DNA of 64,000 nucleotides, from assembly GCA_030141605.1 (NCBI GenBank), contig JAQGDQ010000044.1:372001-436000 (forward strand), read 5' to 3'. How positions within the stretch are numbered: position 1 is the first letter of the stretch; the number at the start of each line of letters is the position of its first letter. Below are positions 1-39,313 of the stretch, piece by piece. The translations under genes were made by a program, and so were the position numbers. Under the pieces are notes generated by a model. The model did not search any database. It was not told the DNA's origin and saw nothing but the letters and a program-made list of their open reading frames with translations. The DNA comes from Tubiluchus corallicola (lineage: Eukaryota > Animalia > Priapulida).

Positions 1-2592
1 AATGACTGCGATCATGAAGAGAATCTGAAACTTTAATTTTCGCAATCACTTCCTTAGAAACGGTGCGTAGTATAAGAAGTTTTATAACTGCTGCTTAATG
101 GATATAGTATGAGAAACATTTGAACCACAAATAAAGACATATTTTATTTTTTATATTGATCATCGATGTTTTTAAAACATTTCGCCTAGTGGCCTACATT
201 GTACGGCAATTCGTGTCAAGTGGTGACTGGTAAATAATATGAGTAGTCTAATACTGAATGGTTTCAAATAATGTTCAAATATTAGAGTTATTATGTTCAC
301 TGCATCATACTGTTGGTATCTGACACGCTTTAATTGATAGACTAAGTATAAACTAGTTTTAAATTGTTATATAAAAGTAATATAATAATAAAACAATTTA
401 GACAAATTAACTATAACTTATAAGATCTGAATTATAAGTTTGTTTCTGATTTGTTGTAGTTTTGCACTGTGGGTAGGAAGGCATTTTATTTTATCTTTTG
501 CCGGTGGCTATGTTGGTGTGAATTTACCAAATTTTCTAACCACAGTGCTACATCTTATTTTAATAAGATGACCACATTTTTCGTTTAAATCATTTTTTTA
601 AAAGTGAAATTTTTATTAAGAATTGTAATTCATTTCTAACTAATTAATGAGAGATAAATGTAAATCGTTAATGCCATCACCTACTAGAATATTCAACATA
701 AGCATTGAGAGAAGATTGGAGGGGTAAAATGCGATCATTTATGCTTAATCCCCTCTCCACGATGTAAGCTGTAACAAATATGTATCTGTAGCACGTACTC
801 ACCATCGTCGCTACTGTCACCAGGTCATTCAAATTTACCATATGACAAATATTCATTTATCTCTTTGTACGATATAGAACAATCATTACTATTAGGTTCG
901 ATAGGCAGGTCACGAAAAGTTGTTACACAGTACAAAGTTAGAGGAGGGATAATGAAAAGATTGTAGAAGGCGCCTAGTCTGCTATCCTTTACTAGGTACG
1001 GAAAACTATTATTAGACACTAGCGGACATGTAAATTTACTGTTGATTGATTTGGGAAACATTATTCAATTTTTAATATTATTGCATTTACTATTACTATT
1101 ATGCATTAGTGCACCTTAGCTACTCCCGCTGCTACATTGTACAGTCAAATTTTCACGGGACCAAAATATTTTTTGTATTAAGCGGGTATCATACTATCCA
1201 TTGCACGTATTTTTACTTCTGATATAAAATAGTAATTTACGAACGTGTAGTCCCTTAGTCAGTTTCTTCTGTCAGGGAGCATAATTTAAGCTTGTTTAAC
1301 CTTTTGTTTGGCATAAGTACAAACTGCAGAATTATTTCAACATGTTAATAGTTATTTGCTTTGGTTAGTCTAAACTCTAAAGCAAGTATTGGGTTAGAGG
1401 TGTCAGTGAGTCTGCGGTATGTTGCTACCACGAATGTACAGTCTGTATTTACTACAGCCACTGCTGGTATTACAATTGAATACGTTTAAGCGAGGCCTAG
1501 ATGTTTAGGGATGGGAAGGCAGATACTAACAAGTAGGCCTACAACTTTTAATTATAGGTACCGTATAGATACCACAATTAGCAGAAGATATGTTCATTCC
1601 GCACAAATAATGTGAAACAAAAAACTAAAATTCAAAGTGTGAAAAAATGGGCATTAAAAAAATTTAAAACATTACTGTTAACCAGTGGGAAATAAACAAA
1701 CTTTGATTCCGACTACTTTAAATACATCTTCTGAGCTAGTGAGGCAAGGCAGAAACATTCTTTGTGGCCAGCTGCCTGTATCACCTAAAGTTATGAGAAA
1801 CTGTAATAACGCTCAGAACTCTGTACTGGTCATAGATGCAATGCCATGCACTTGTATTCTGTTAGTATGTTGTCTTTTATCTTGGTGTGGTAATTATTGC
1901 AGAAGTCTAGGAATTTAATTCGCTTTCTACGAAACACAATTTTCTTCCTTATAATTTGTTCTGTGTTTTTAAAAAAAATTTCTTAATGTTGGAACTTTGG
2001 CTGTTCCAAGAAATAGCAAAAATATATAGAATGCCTGGCATCTCACAGAGTGCCAAAACAAACCAGGTAAAGTGCCTAAAATAATTCTTTCTACACTTTT
2101 CCTGGGCATTATATATGATGCAAAAGTTTGTCTATGCAAAGTTGTCTAGGTAACTCTTAGATTTTTAATATACTTTCCTAGGCATTTTACTTAATGTCAA
2201 TTAATTTAGTTTTAGGGAATGTGTGAAATTGAATTTTGCTTTTTTGGTTGGATGATAGATAGATGGATACATACATAGATAGATAGATAGACAGGTAGAT
2301 CGATAGAAAGGTAGATGGATGGGCAGACAGAGAGACTGACAAAATGCAAGCTTTATGGCCTACTATTCCGGCTGTAATTTGTAATTTGTAAATTGCTTTC
2401 ATTAACAAGTCAAATTTTAAACTATTGCGAAAAATAAGCTCTAAACCTTGCGTAAAATTGTGAACAAATTTGAGAAGATTTTTACGAATCTTACCTCAGG
2501 CTTACTAGATGTGGAAAGTGACCACCTGATTGTTAGAGATGGTGACGTTGCACCAACCACACAGCTTAGTTTAGTATATTAGGTAATGGCGT

Positions 2593-2890
2593 GTTCAGAC
2601 TAGCAAGTTTTCTCTCGCTAATATTAACTCTCCAAGTAACTTGCAAGCATTTTCAGGCTAGAGAGCAAAACTTGGTGTGAAGTATTCTCTTCCAGTAAGT
2701 TGACGCACTCTTCTCTATTCACTACAAGAAATATCAAGAGCAACTCGCCAAGGCATTCACTACAGACAGTATCTCGCAGCAACCGTCAGAGAGTTTGCAA
2801 TTTCTTGCCTACAGTAACTTCCAAGGTAGTTCACACTTGTGATTTTACTGTCAGAGAAAAACTTATGACACAAAACTCGCTAGTCTGAAC
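2593..2890. mobile_element. Small MITE with terminal inverted repeats (PIF/Harbinger-like)
   Basis: gttcagactagcaagtttt … aaaactcgctagtctgaac. Confidence 0.6.
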
Positions 2891-3517
2891 TAGTTTTATG
2901 CATTCCGTGCAATACCTAGGCAATTAATAAAATATTTAGCAAAAGGTTGATTCTACAGACATTATGTTCATTTTACCCATTGCTAAAGTCAGTTTCCGCA
3001 TTTAATATAAATCCTAGCTATTATGCGAAACGTCTATTTAGAGTGTGAAAAAGCCATGACAAAAAGATATATTTCACATTTTTCTCAAAATACAGGGGTT
3101 ATATGAAATGCCTAGGAATTTTATGAAATGCCTAAATTTTACACATTGTGTGTGACAACATACATATTGTTTGCTTGAGTTGTTAATATCGAAAAGTGTA
3201 CTTATTATTATTATTTTTTATTATTATTGTTGTTATTATTTATTACGTACACGAATGATACAATACGTATTAGTACACTGATACACTGCGCATGTAGAAA
3301 AACACCGTAGTGAACCTTGATGAAAATCTAGCATTAACTAAAATTATAAAATGTGTGTATTCTTTTTTAATTCAAATAATTTCGAATTGTTGACACAGTT
3401 TTACTTCTTAAATTGGCCTGTCTATTAAGTTGTGACAAGTAAAGAAAATCAGTAAGACACAAGGATATTTTTTACATCATTTCGATTGTGCTGTTTTTAT
3501 TGTAGATTACCGAGAAG

Positions 3518-3591
3518 ATGGTAAATCTATCAAAGAAAAATGCTTATGAGATTTTACATTTACCATATGGTGCTAGCTTAGATGCCATCAG
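3518..3591 (+). CDS. Gene A first coding exon (J-domain helices I-II)
   Basis: Acceptor tttttattgtag at 3505, ATG 3518, NAYEILHL motif typical of a J-domain start, donor gtaaac at 3592 in matching phase. Confidence 0.85.
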
Positions 3592-6500
3592 GTAAACTTT
3601 CTGGAGTTGTATGTTCTTCTGTCAATCTGCACGTTTGCTTTTCTGAAATTAATTATGACGTTTTGTTGTATAACGGAACTGACTGGCTAACAGTAACATT
3701 CGCTAACTTCCATATATGTGTGCTTGCAAACCAAAACTGTCCATAAGTCATAGTTAAAACTACATTCTACTTCAAAATAGAATGCATCAAAAATTGGTCG
3801 TGTCAATTTTTTGTTTTTTATAAAAACGAACGCTAAATATATTGGACTTTTATCAAATCATCAGGAAATGTTAAAGAAATACTAAAAATCTAATTTTATA
3901 ATCCCGTACCCACTTCGGTGCCTAAAAACTAGCACTGCAATTGTAAAAAAACTTGTACAGTAGTTGCCGCTTAATAGATTCACTTTGGGACCAACGTGTT
4001 TTGGCCCAATTAACCGATTGAACCTATTAACCGATGGGCGTAGTATTACTGCTATAGAAGTATGAGTTGTCAGCTTACTATGCACTGCAAAGGCTTTCTA
4101 TCAATTTTAGAAACGAAGTAATGCCTAAATTCCTTTGTGCAGTTAAAAATTAGAAAAAAACTATTTTAAAATATTAACTTATATAAGTGAATTAACAATA
4201 AATCAACTGTTAGATTTTTACGCTTTACGCTTATACTCCATCTTTCAAACTTCTCAACTCTATGACCTTATTTGCTGTATGATGTTTACTCTTGTAAGTC
4301 ACAAGGAATACTGGCTGATTACTATACCTGCATCTTTGACTATTAACTCATTAAGCCTGAAAGCGTGATTTGCAACTTTGCAACTAAAGGAAACCGCTAG
4401 GGAAGTGACTAGATGTTTAGCTTCCAGAAATTCTTTGGGTACCAAGGTTAATTGCAGTGGGCGAGCGGTTAACAGATTCAAAGCAAAACCTTTTTAACTT
4501 AACTTAATTGTTTCTACATATATAATGCACAAAAGGGAAGTAAAGATGACATAAAAGTAGGAAAGGCTGTTTGGGCACATACAGATGTCTTATTTTAAAT
4601 AAGTGAAGGAAAAATATTGAGTCAATTAAGCAAAGTTATTTGAGTCAATTACCAATAGTTTTTATGTATATTTGAATAGAAGCGGCCCGTTTCAGGGGTT
4701 TTTGAGTCAATTAAACAATTGAGTCTATTAACCGTGAGTCTATTGAGCTGCGACTACTGTATTTTCAAACTTCAATGAAGTAGTCATTTTGCTTCAGTTT
4801 TTTTGGCTTCCAAGCCCAGATGTTTGTCTGGAAGAGCCGTCTACTGGATTTAAACATAACTTCAATGTGTTCTTGCAAAGTCCATACCAACATTTGTGAG
4901 GTTGCTAAGTGTTTTGTAGAAACATGATAAAAACCAATGGCTAACTTTAACAGCGATTTTCTCAAGGTTACGTTTTTCAGTGTGTAGCCTGCACTTCAAC
5001 TTCAACGTGGATTATCTCAGCTTAGAAATAATGTAGAGCGATGAGCTTGGTATCAAAATGATACTCATAAAATAGAGATTCAGAATGTATGAATAACTAG
5101 AAAATGGTTAATTGCCGACTTATGGACAATTTTGCTATGCAAGCACACGTCTGTTAAAGTTCACGTCACAAGTTTTTTCTCTATTTCTTGGCCTGTAAGT
5201 GCCTCTGGAAATATGAAATATTACTTAATTTCAGCGATATATAATTAGTAGGTTCTTGTGACCATAGGGCCTTGGCCACAGGGCTTTATTAAGCCAGTTA
5301 TATTATATCCATCCTGTGCTTATAGAGATTATCGAGTCCTCAGAAACCTGACTAGCATTTTTCAGATCTGCATGCACTCTGAGTTTGTGCTTTCTATAGT
5401 GCATAATTGATTGGATGTGACATAGTAGTAAGTTATTAACAGAAATACAGTAGGCGCCGCTTAATAGATTCATGGTTAATAGACTCAATCGCTTAACTGA
5501 CTCAAAAATGCCTGGTATAGGCCGCTCCTATTCAAATGTACATAAAAATTATCGATAATTGACTCAAATAACTCCGCATAATTGACTAAATATTTTTCCT
5601 TCACATACAAATAAGATATTTGTATGTGCCCGAAGAGCCTTTCCTACTAATATCATCTTTACCTCGCTTTTGTGCGCTATAATATATGTAGAAACAATCA
5701 CGTTATGTACCGTTTTGTTTGTAAGCAAGTGCGTTTATCATGCGCTGTTATGGTAGTGTAGCGGTTTTGCTTTGAATATGTTAACCTATTACCCAAGAAT
5801 TTCTGGAAGCTAAACACTTTGTCACTTGTCTTGCGGTTTCCTTTTGATGCTCTCGTTGTAAATCATGCTTTCATGCTTAATCAGTTAACAATCAAAGATG
5901 CAGGTACAGTAATCTCTAAATATCACCTAAAATATCATCTATCATGTAAAACTTAATATCATCTCTTTCCAAGGTTCTTTAATAATCCCGTCCAACCTAA
6001 TAATCAGCGTTACGTAACCAGATTGAATGAGTTTGTCGTAAATTTCTATAGAACAGACGTGGCACGGCAATTCATTGCAAATGTTGGCCCAAGGCCTTGG
6101 AATGACATAAATGATGAATTAAAAACTGTCCAGCCAATTCAAAAATTTAAAAAGAAATATAAAGCAATGATTTTCAACAAGTACAACATTTCTTAATATC
6201 CTACACCTACTGCAGCAGTCATACCACAATCCTGCTACAGATTATGCAAAACAAGACATAATTGATAAATCTTTAGAGCTGATGTATACATCACACAATT
6301 TACTATCTTTCTTCCTACTATTTCCACTAACACATCCTTTACCCTACCTGTGTGATCTAACCTTTCTCCCAGTTCTTTTTTTGTTCACTCATCCATTCTT
6401 TTTTTATCTGATGACACATGACAGTGGGCTTATACAAGCCTTTGCTTCTCTAGCCCACTGCAGTACAATTATTCTTTTATGATAACGATAGTGAATGAAA

Positions 6501-9297
6501 CATAATAATTTAATACAGTATGAAGTAACAATTTTGATGTCACTATGTATTTAACGCCATTATGTTGTACTGAATGTGATAGTAATAAAAACTTCAAACA
6601 CTTCAAAAAAAAACATCAGCCAGTATTCCTTGTAACTTACGAGAGTAAACATCATACAGCAAATAAGAGCATAGAGTTAAGAACTTTGCAGCTCAGGCAC
6701 GCCAGGCGCTAAATGTTTTACGAGAATACACGCATCACACAGCAACAGATTTTCAACGTTTTTGTAATTATGAGAACTTTGTGAGCCAACTTCTTCACAA
6801 CAAAACGAAGCAGCAGACTTTGCAAGAATTTGTTGTAATTTTTGCAAATAAACAGACTTATGTGATTTAGAAAAGTATACTTTTTAATCTATTGCTAATA
6901 AACTTATATAAATTAATATTTCAAAATATTTTTTTAAATTTTTAACTGCACAAAGGAATTTAGGCATTACTTTGTTTTTAAAATTCATTAAAAGCCTTTG
7001 TAGTGCATGCTAATGAGACGACTCATAGTTCTGTACTAGTAATACTACGCCATCGGTTAATAAGGTCAATCTGTTAATTGACACAAAACACTTCGGTCCC
7101 AAAGTGAGTCTATTAAGCGGCGCCTACTGTAAATTGTGTTTTATCTAGTATTTCATTAACCCATAATAATCCTCTTGTACTACAACAGTCTGGTTGCGAT
7201 TTTTTCTGCTTCTAGCCTTATAGCATATTTTTTTATTTTTTTTGTCAACTCCGCTAAATGAAATGTGTTGAAATGAGTGGCAATTTATTTTCCATGTGCA
7301 TTCAAAATATTTGCAACATATTTAAATGCACAACTTGTAAACTTATTCGCACATTAATATTATACATACAGAAAAAAATTATATTTTTAACATACGTGTT
7401 CTGATTGGTAACTAGCTTTTGTTGCTTTTCCTTTTGTAGGTCTTCTTATATACACTTAGCATCAAAATGGCATCCGGATAAAAATGGGCAGTCAACAAAA
7501 GCACAGGAGCAATTTCATAATGTAAGTACAGCTTACAAGCGATTGAAAGAAAGACCTGATATTGATAGCGAAGTGTGTGTTAGTATGTCCATAGCCGAAA
7601 TGTTACACGTGTTTCATGAATTGTCATCAGTGAGAAGGGCCATGAATGGCATTTCAAGTGATTCTGACATGTCAGACGATGATGACGACGATGATGATTT
7701 TATACAGCACTGCATCGATAGGTTCAATGATAAGCTAACAAGAAGGAAAGAAAATGCAGAAAAAGGTGTGTGGGTTACGGTGAATCCGCGTTCGGATGAT
7801 CAGGCTAGAAAGAATGCCAGTGAGCTTTTAGATCAGGAGGAGAAGGAGAAGAGGAAAGCTGCAAAAAGAAGAGCAAAGAAGAAGCGAAGAAAAGAGAAGA
7901 AAAAACTAGAAAAAGAAAATAATATGTGTGGTCAACAAAATGGCGTAGAAAATAGGGCACGTCTGGTTAGCACAGATTCGTCCGGAGACGAGGAGAGCTT
8001 GGATATTAATAGTGCTTTCGTCGCTACAGCGGCTAATAAAAAAATTACAAGCATAACTCAGTATTCTACAAAAAAGGGAAAAGATGGCAAGTTTGGTGAC
8101 ACTAACGATGATGGTGACAATTTTGATCCCGTTGTTCTGCAGAGCCGCCAGCTTGCGATACGAGGAAATGAAATGGCTAACCTTGGACATTACTCGGCAG
8201 CCGTTGACCTGTTTAGCGAAGCCATCAAACTTGACCCAAAGGATTTTAGGTTTTTTGGCAATCGCTCTTACTGTTATGATCGGCTAGGGCAGTTTGAAAA
8301 AGCTTTAAAAGATGCTGATAAGGCGATTAGTCTACAGCCTTGTTGGCCAAAAGGATATTTTAGGAAAGGTCGCGCTCTGTCGGGGTTGAAATTATATGCC
8401 GAAGCAGAATGTGCCTTCGAACAAGTTTTAAAACTAGACAAGCTGTGCGAGGATGCTATGCAAGAATTGTTAAAGGTCAGAACTTATCAAATTACTGATA
8501 TGGGCTTTAGTAAAAATCAAGCAGAAGCAGCAATCAAGCAACATGTTTCTGTACAGGCCGCCTTAGATTCTTTATTGGCCGGAGTTTTTGCGGAAGCTTC
8601 CGTGAAACCTTCGGTAACTGAAGCTCACACATTTAAAGAACAGCCTTCACTTGTCACTGTGACTACTGCTGATTCGGCAGTGCACGTACAGGGTGGGGCA
8701 GACCGTTTAAAAATGAATCCAAAAAACCCGGAAGGTCTCACTTCACTCTGGGTGGGCAACGTTTTACCCGAAGTCACTGAAAAGCAGTTAGTGTCTTTAT
8801 TCTCAAAATATGGTATTCTGACGGGTATTCGCATGATACCAGAAAAATTCTGTGCTTTTGTGAATTACAAGACCCAAGCATCTGCCGGAAAAGCTATGTC
8901 CCATTTACAAGGAACCGAATGCGCTGGGCAGCGGCTCCTTATTAAGTTTCCTGATAACCCACTAGTCAATGGTCAGCAGGTGACGGTGATAAAGAAAACA
9001 AAACCCTCGAAGGAGAGCAAACAGCAACAGCAACAAATTCATAAAGGCAACAAACAGCAGCAACAGCAACAAAATTTAGCTCTGCAAAAACATCTGCAAC
9101 AGCAACAGCAACAGCAGCAGTTACAGCAGCAACAACAAGCTGCAAAAAATGCATCAAAAGAGAAGCTTTCTGGACCAGTCAACGGAAACGAATGCTACTT
9201 CTGGCGTACAACCGGGTGTGTTTACGGCAACAACTGTCGATACGATCATTTACCAGCCCACAAAGGTGTAGACAAGAAACCCTGGCAGAAGACATAA
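3518..9297 (+). CDS. Gene A (two coding exons 3518-3591, 7440-9297): DnaJ-domain / TPR / UBA-like / RRM / CCCH zinc-finger protein, TTC31-like
   Basis: Exon 1 MVNLSKKNAYEILHLPYGASLDAI-ag|gtaaac joins in phase 2 to ttttgtag|g at 7440, giving a full J-domain (…RSSYIHLASKWHPDKN…AYKRL). Then acidic patch, K-rich coiled coil, TPRs (GNEMANLGHYSAAVDLFSEAIKLDP…KGYFRKGRAL), UBA-like MGFSKNQAEAAI, RRM (LWVGNV / CAFVNY), poly-Q and C-x8-C-x5-C-x3-H finger. Confidence 0.9.
3958..4759. mobile_element. Non-autonomous Tc1/mariner (pogo-like) MITE, copy 1
   Basis: TA|cagtagttgccgcttaataga … tctattgagctgcgactactg|TA: TIRs with a TA target-site duplication. Confidence 0.8.
5448..7129. mobile_element. Same MITE family, copy 2, inverted relative to copy 1 and interrupted by insertions
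   Basis: TA|cagtaggcgccgcttaataga … tctattaagcggcgcctactg|TA; interior is a reverse-complement homologue of 3958-4759. Confidence 0.8.
5915..6614 (+). mobile_element. 5'-truncated LINE (CR1/L2-like) 3' end nested in MITE copy 2
   Basis: Peptide …FYRTDVARQFIANVGPRPWNDINDELKTVQPIQKFKKKYK… then stop, 3'UTR, AATAAA and an A-rich tail; MITE homology resumes at ~6615. Confidence 0.7.
7440..9297 (+). CDS. Gene A large terminal coding exon
   Basis: 630-aa ORF 7405-9297; polypyrimidine tract and AG at 7438-7439; HPD, TPR, RRM and CCCH motifs. Confidence 0.93.
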
Positions 9298-11708
9298 GTG
9301 AGATTTAATTTTTGTGTTGAATGTTTTTTATCTATTGCCTTACCCACTGTACCCGGTAACATTCTTCCATCGCTTTAATGGTATTCACCAAAGAGGTGCA
9401 TGCTCATGACAACGGCATTGCCGCGTGATACCAAAGAAGTTTTTCTTGAATTCTGTAAATCTTATTGGTTAATTTAACTGTTACTTAACTTACAAAATGG
9501 TGCGTACGTAGACTACGGTGCATAATTTTATTATACAAAGATACTATCAGTATTTAAACTAGACTATTACACGGCATTGCAGATAAGCATCCCTGCATTT
9601 TTAACATTAATACGTGGTGGTTTATATGACTGAAATGTCATTGAACGTGCATTAATCGATCATTTTTTCCAAGTAAAAATCTGTTTGTCTTGTCCTCACT
9701 GTACTTGCCAATGTATTCCTTATGTTCCTCAACAACTTGTTAAGTTCATTATTACCGGCTGCATTTTACTTTACTGCAAGAAAGATGATGTATTTTACAG
9801 GACAAGTTTTTAATCTTCGTTTTGCATTTAAATATTTTGTGCAAATTTGCAAGATTACGAAGCAGAAATAGCTATATCGTTGAAATACGGGATGTTTGTG
9901 TGTATCACCTCGTCATTTTATGCTTAACTATCATTTCATTTGTAGCCTTATTTTGTAAAAAACTTGTATATTGATCCTTGAGAATCCTTTTCTAGTTTTG
10001 TATTAATTATTGTTCTTGTGATTATGCAAATGTCGCTTCCATTCGTTGTTTTTCAATTGTTATTGCATTTACTTAAGTTAACAGAAATTAATAAGTTTTT
10101 TGCTTGTAAACCGAAAGTTAGAGAGTGGAGACTATGTTATTTAGTTTCTAGGGTTAGTGACAACCAAGAAAAATTTACTTAGTTCTAATTACAGTCAGAC
10201 ATATTCTCAGATGGTGTTAAGTTTGAGTTGCCTTATTTGCAGAAGCAAACTAAATTTGCATTCTAGATAAATGAATTCTTGAATATAATACTGTTTGAAA
10301 AAAAATTGTGTTTGAGAGTAGACCACTTTGGTGGTTATCTGCATTCTTTTGTTATTGAAAAATGCTGATATCTCATTAATAACAATACAACCAATAACAT
10401 CAATTATATTATATTGCAAGAATAGGAGGGTAAGTGATATGAACGTTTTTTGATGAAACTCTTGTAGATCCCGAATTTCTGTTTTTGCTAAATGATTAAA
10501 ATCTAACAACTTTCTTTTTGAAAATAAAACAATATTTAAATGATGCAAACAATTTTTCTTGTTTGCTTTTTATCTTAACCGTTTGTTGTATTTTCAACGA
10601 ATTTGATGAAGTGCAGGCCTATAAAGGTATTTTGTACTTTGGTTAGTAGAAGTGGAAAAGATCTGCTGAGTATGATCATATTGTGCTCTATGACAAATCC
10701 AAATCTACATCAATTTTTTTCTCTTTGGTGCTTTAGTCTTTTTTTCACAAGGTGGTAGCAGGCAGTGTAAGTAAGGTACTCGCAGATTATTGCTGAACAA
10801 TGTGATTATTTCTTCCTTTGTGAGTAGTTACTCAGTGATGTTATCAAGTCCCTCTTGCATCAACGTTAAATCTGATACCCATAATCTCATTACTTTTAAT
10901 TAAAACGTAGATCATCTTTATACTGCAAGGCCCTTTCACTGAGTGTTGCAACTCGCTTTGCAGTCAAATTACGTAAGGAAAATGTAGCCACTAACAAGAA
11001 CAAACCACAGGACCAGATTTTAGCTTTTAAACAAAACAACATATTTATTGCTATTTACAACTCTTATAAATTACTGTAACATTCTATATTTTGCGCAAAA
11101 TTAATTGTTGGTATTAATAGGCCTACTGTGGCGCTGAGGCTCTGAATTTACAAATAGACCCGCATAATTAGGTATTTTTTAACAAACGCACATAATTGGG
11201 TATTTTTTCTGAAGTTATCTGCCATTTAAACCTGCGAATAAAGTACTACAGGCAAATTAAACTAAGCAAGCTTTCCTCTTCTATTTCAGTGATTGCCTGT
11301 TGATGCGAGTTCACTACAGTGCATTAGCCTTTCTTGGGAAAATACTTATAATAAAGCTTTCAGTAAAGGGATAATCTTCTCAACCTGCCCTGGGACAAAA
11401 GATAATTCACTCCCTTAATTTTAGGCGGCACTCTAGTCCTGTTGTGGATTTCAGGAATTAGCCCTTTGTATGTCCCACACAAAACTCGATCATATCTTTT
11501 CCAAACAATTTACACGTGAATTTTATTGCTTGTGATGGTGCATTGATTTCGTTTTGAGTCATTTTAGTATAAATTCGCCTTTCACAGTAATAGCACGAGG
11601 TTCATGACTGTTAGCTGGGTACCCGTCCCATCGTCCCCGCAGCATCAGTTTTGACTGTAGCTCCATCTGCAGTGAGTTTTTCGTCCAGGGAAAAGCAAAA
11701 TCCTCATG

Positions 11709-37516
<25,808 letters not shown>

Positions 37517-37779
37517 GATTATCTATTCATCTTCTGCTTCAGTTATTTATTTTCAATTGTTCTTGCAACTATTCGTAAAACACTCATTTTCTCTCGTTTT
37601 CCAGAATGTTAAAAAGTGTACAGTACATTTATCTCAACTGAAAGCTTTCACCAAACTTACACATTTCACAGGAACAATTTGTTGATAAAAAATACGTTGT
37701 AACAGCATCATATCTCATATCTGTCACAAAACTCATTAAAGTTTATTTAATCGCATTTGTGTTTTCTCCGCATTTTCCT

Positions 37780-38720
37780 TTCGCCGGAAGTTCCGGTAAA
37801 ATTTCTTTATCCCGCACTTTGAACTTGTTTTTTCTTCTGCAGCGATTGAGTGTTCAGTATTGTGCGTTTCCGGGGTTTGTTATTTCTAGCAAACAAAATG
37901 CGTTTATAGTTAAAGTCAATTTTGCTAACCAAGCGAGCGAGTACCCCAGAAAGAACAGGACCTGACACTGAGTGATCGGTTGCAGTTCAATGAAAACTCA
38001 CACTAGGATCTGAATGGTTGAGCACTCAAGCGGCGGACCCCAGGACTTGTGACCTCAGAGCGCTTCCTCCGTCAGATTAGTGGCAATTACCAAATTATGG
38101 AAAGTGAGAATCTAGAAATGAAAACAGAAAATGAGTGAGGGAAACGTGATATTAGCCGAGGGAAATTGCGGCTCATACACGTGTGAATTGTAGAGCAGTT
38201 TGATTGTAATGATCTATAGCCTTGCTAGATATTCTTATTAGTGGTCTAACACCTCATTTGCGTGACTTTCAAAAACCACCTGATTTGTGCATTATAAATT
38301 GAAGTTTAGAAGGGTGTTTGCACACTTGCAACTGTCATCGCTCCATTGCTAACAAACTTCGTAAAAACTTGTGACTGAAGCAGCAGATGTTATGCTTAAA
38401 CTGATACATTGCATCTTCAGCTTCTCTTTCCCGCTGAAAAATTCAGAATATTTTCTGTTACTGATATTAATAGGCTCCGCTTACTGGCTCATTATTGCGT
38501 CATCAACTGACCATTGGAAGCCAGCTGACTGTCATTAGCTCCGCCTCCTCTCCCAGGATTGGCCAAACAGCTAGCCAATCCTTACCACTTGACTGGAGTA
38601 GCAATGAGCTCATGTATAATCAGAATAACTTGACTTCTCATTGGAACAGTGAAGCCAGGTTGAGTGACAAGAGCTCCACTTTCTCCTCATTGTTGGCTAA
38701 GCTGTGGGCGCCCTCTGTGG
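37780..38720 (-). promoter_or_regulatory. Probable promoter / 5'UTR region of gene B
   Basis: GC-richer block upstream of ATG 37516 with several CCAAT/ATTGG boxes, a GC-box-like ctccgcctcc and ETS-like ccggaagttccgg (~37785). Confidence 0.4.
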
Positions 38721-38826
38721 ATGGAGCTGCTGAGCCGAAAGAGGAAAATAAGCAGCATAGAACACGAATTATTGGATTTTTATGGCAAAGTCGCAAAATG
38801 ATTGTCTAAACCCCTAATTAGGTCTA

Positions 38827-38978
38827 TTATACTATACTATACTATACTATACTATACTATACTATACTATACTATACTATACTATACTATACTATACTAT
38901 ACTATACTATACTATACTATACTATACTATACTATACTATACTATACTATACTATACTATACTATACTATACTATACT
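38827..38978. repeat. (ACTAT)n microsatellite
   Basis: Seen directly. Confidence 0.97.
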
Positions 38979-39313
38979 GCGCAATGAGTAACCAGGAATT
39001 GCGATTTATGAAAATGTACTAGGTGGTGAGCTATTTTACAAACTTGATTTACGTTTAGTGTGGTTCTGGCAAAAAGAGCTTATTTCTTTTATCTATACAA
39101 AAAGTTTTGGAAGTTTGATCACGACTACAATAAGGCAACAACAGTTAACAAACTATATTTATTAAATTACTACTAACCAATTGGTTACTTAAATCAAGTA
39201 AAGAGTTACAGTTATAGTAAAGATATGAATACTTACACGAAGAAATAGAATTCATGTAAGGAATTGTTAGTACTGTAATATGGGGTATTTTCTGTTCAAA
39301 TTCTACTTAAATC

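Noticed and set aside
825-1061. 78-aa ORF or possible LINE relic; similar faint relics at ~41700-42010 and ~49900-50090
   Set aside because: Too degenerate to assign by eye.
38706-38722. CTCF site (gggcgccctctgtgga)
   Set aside because: Matches only the 3' half of the consensus; not supportable without ChIP data.
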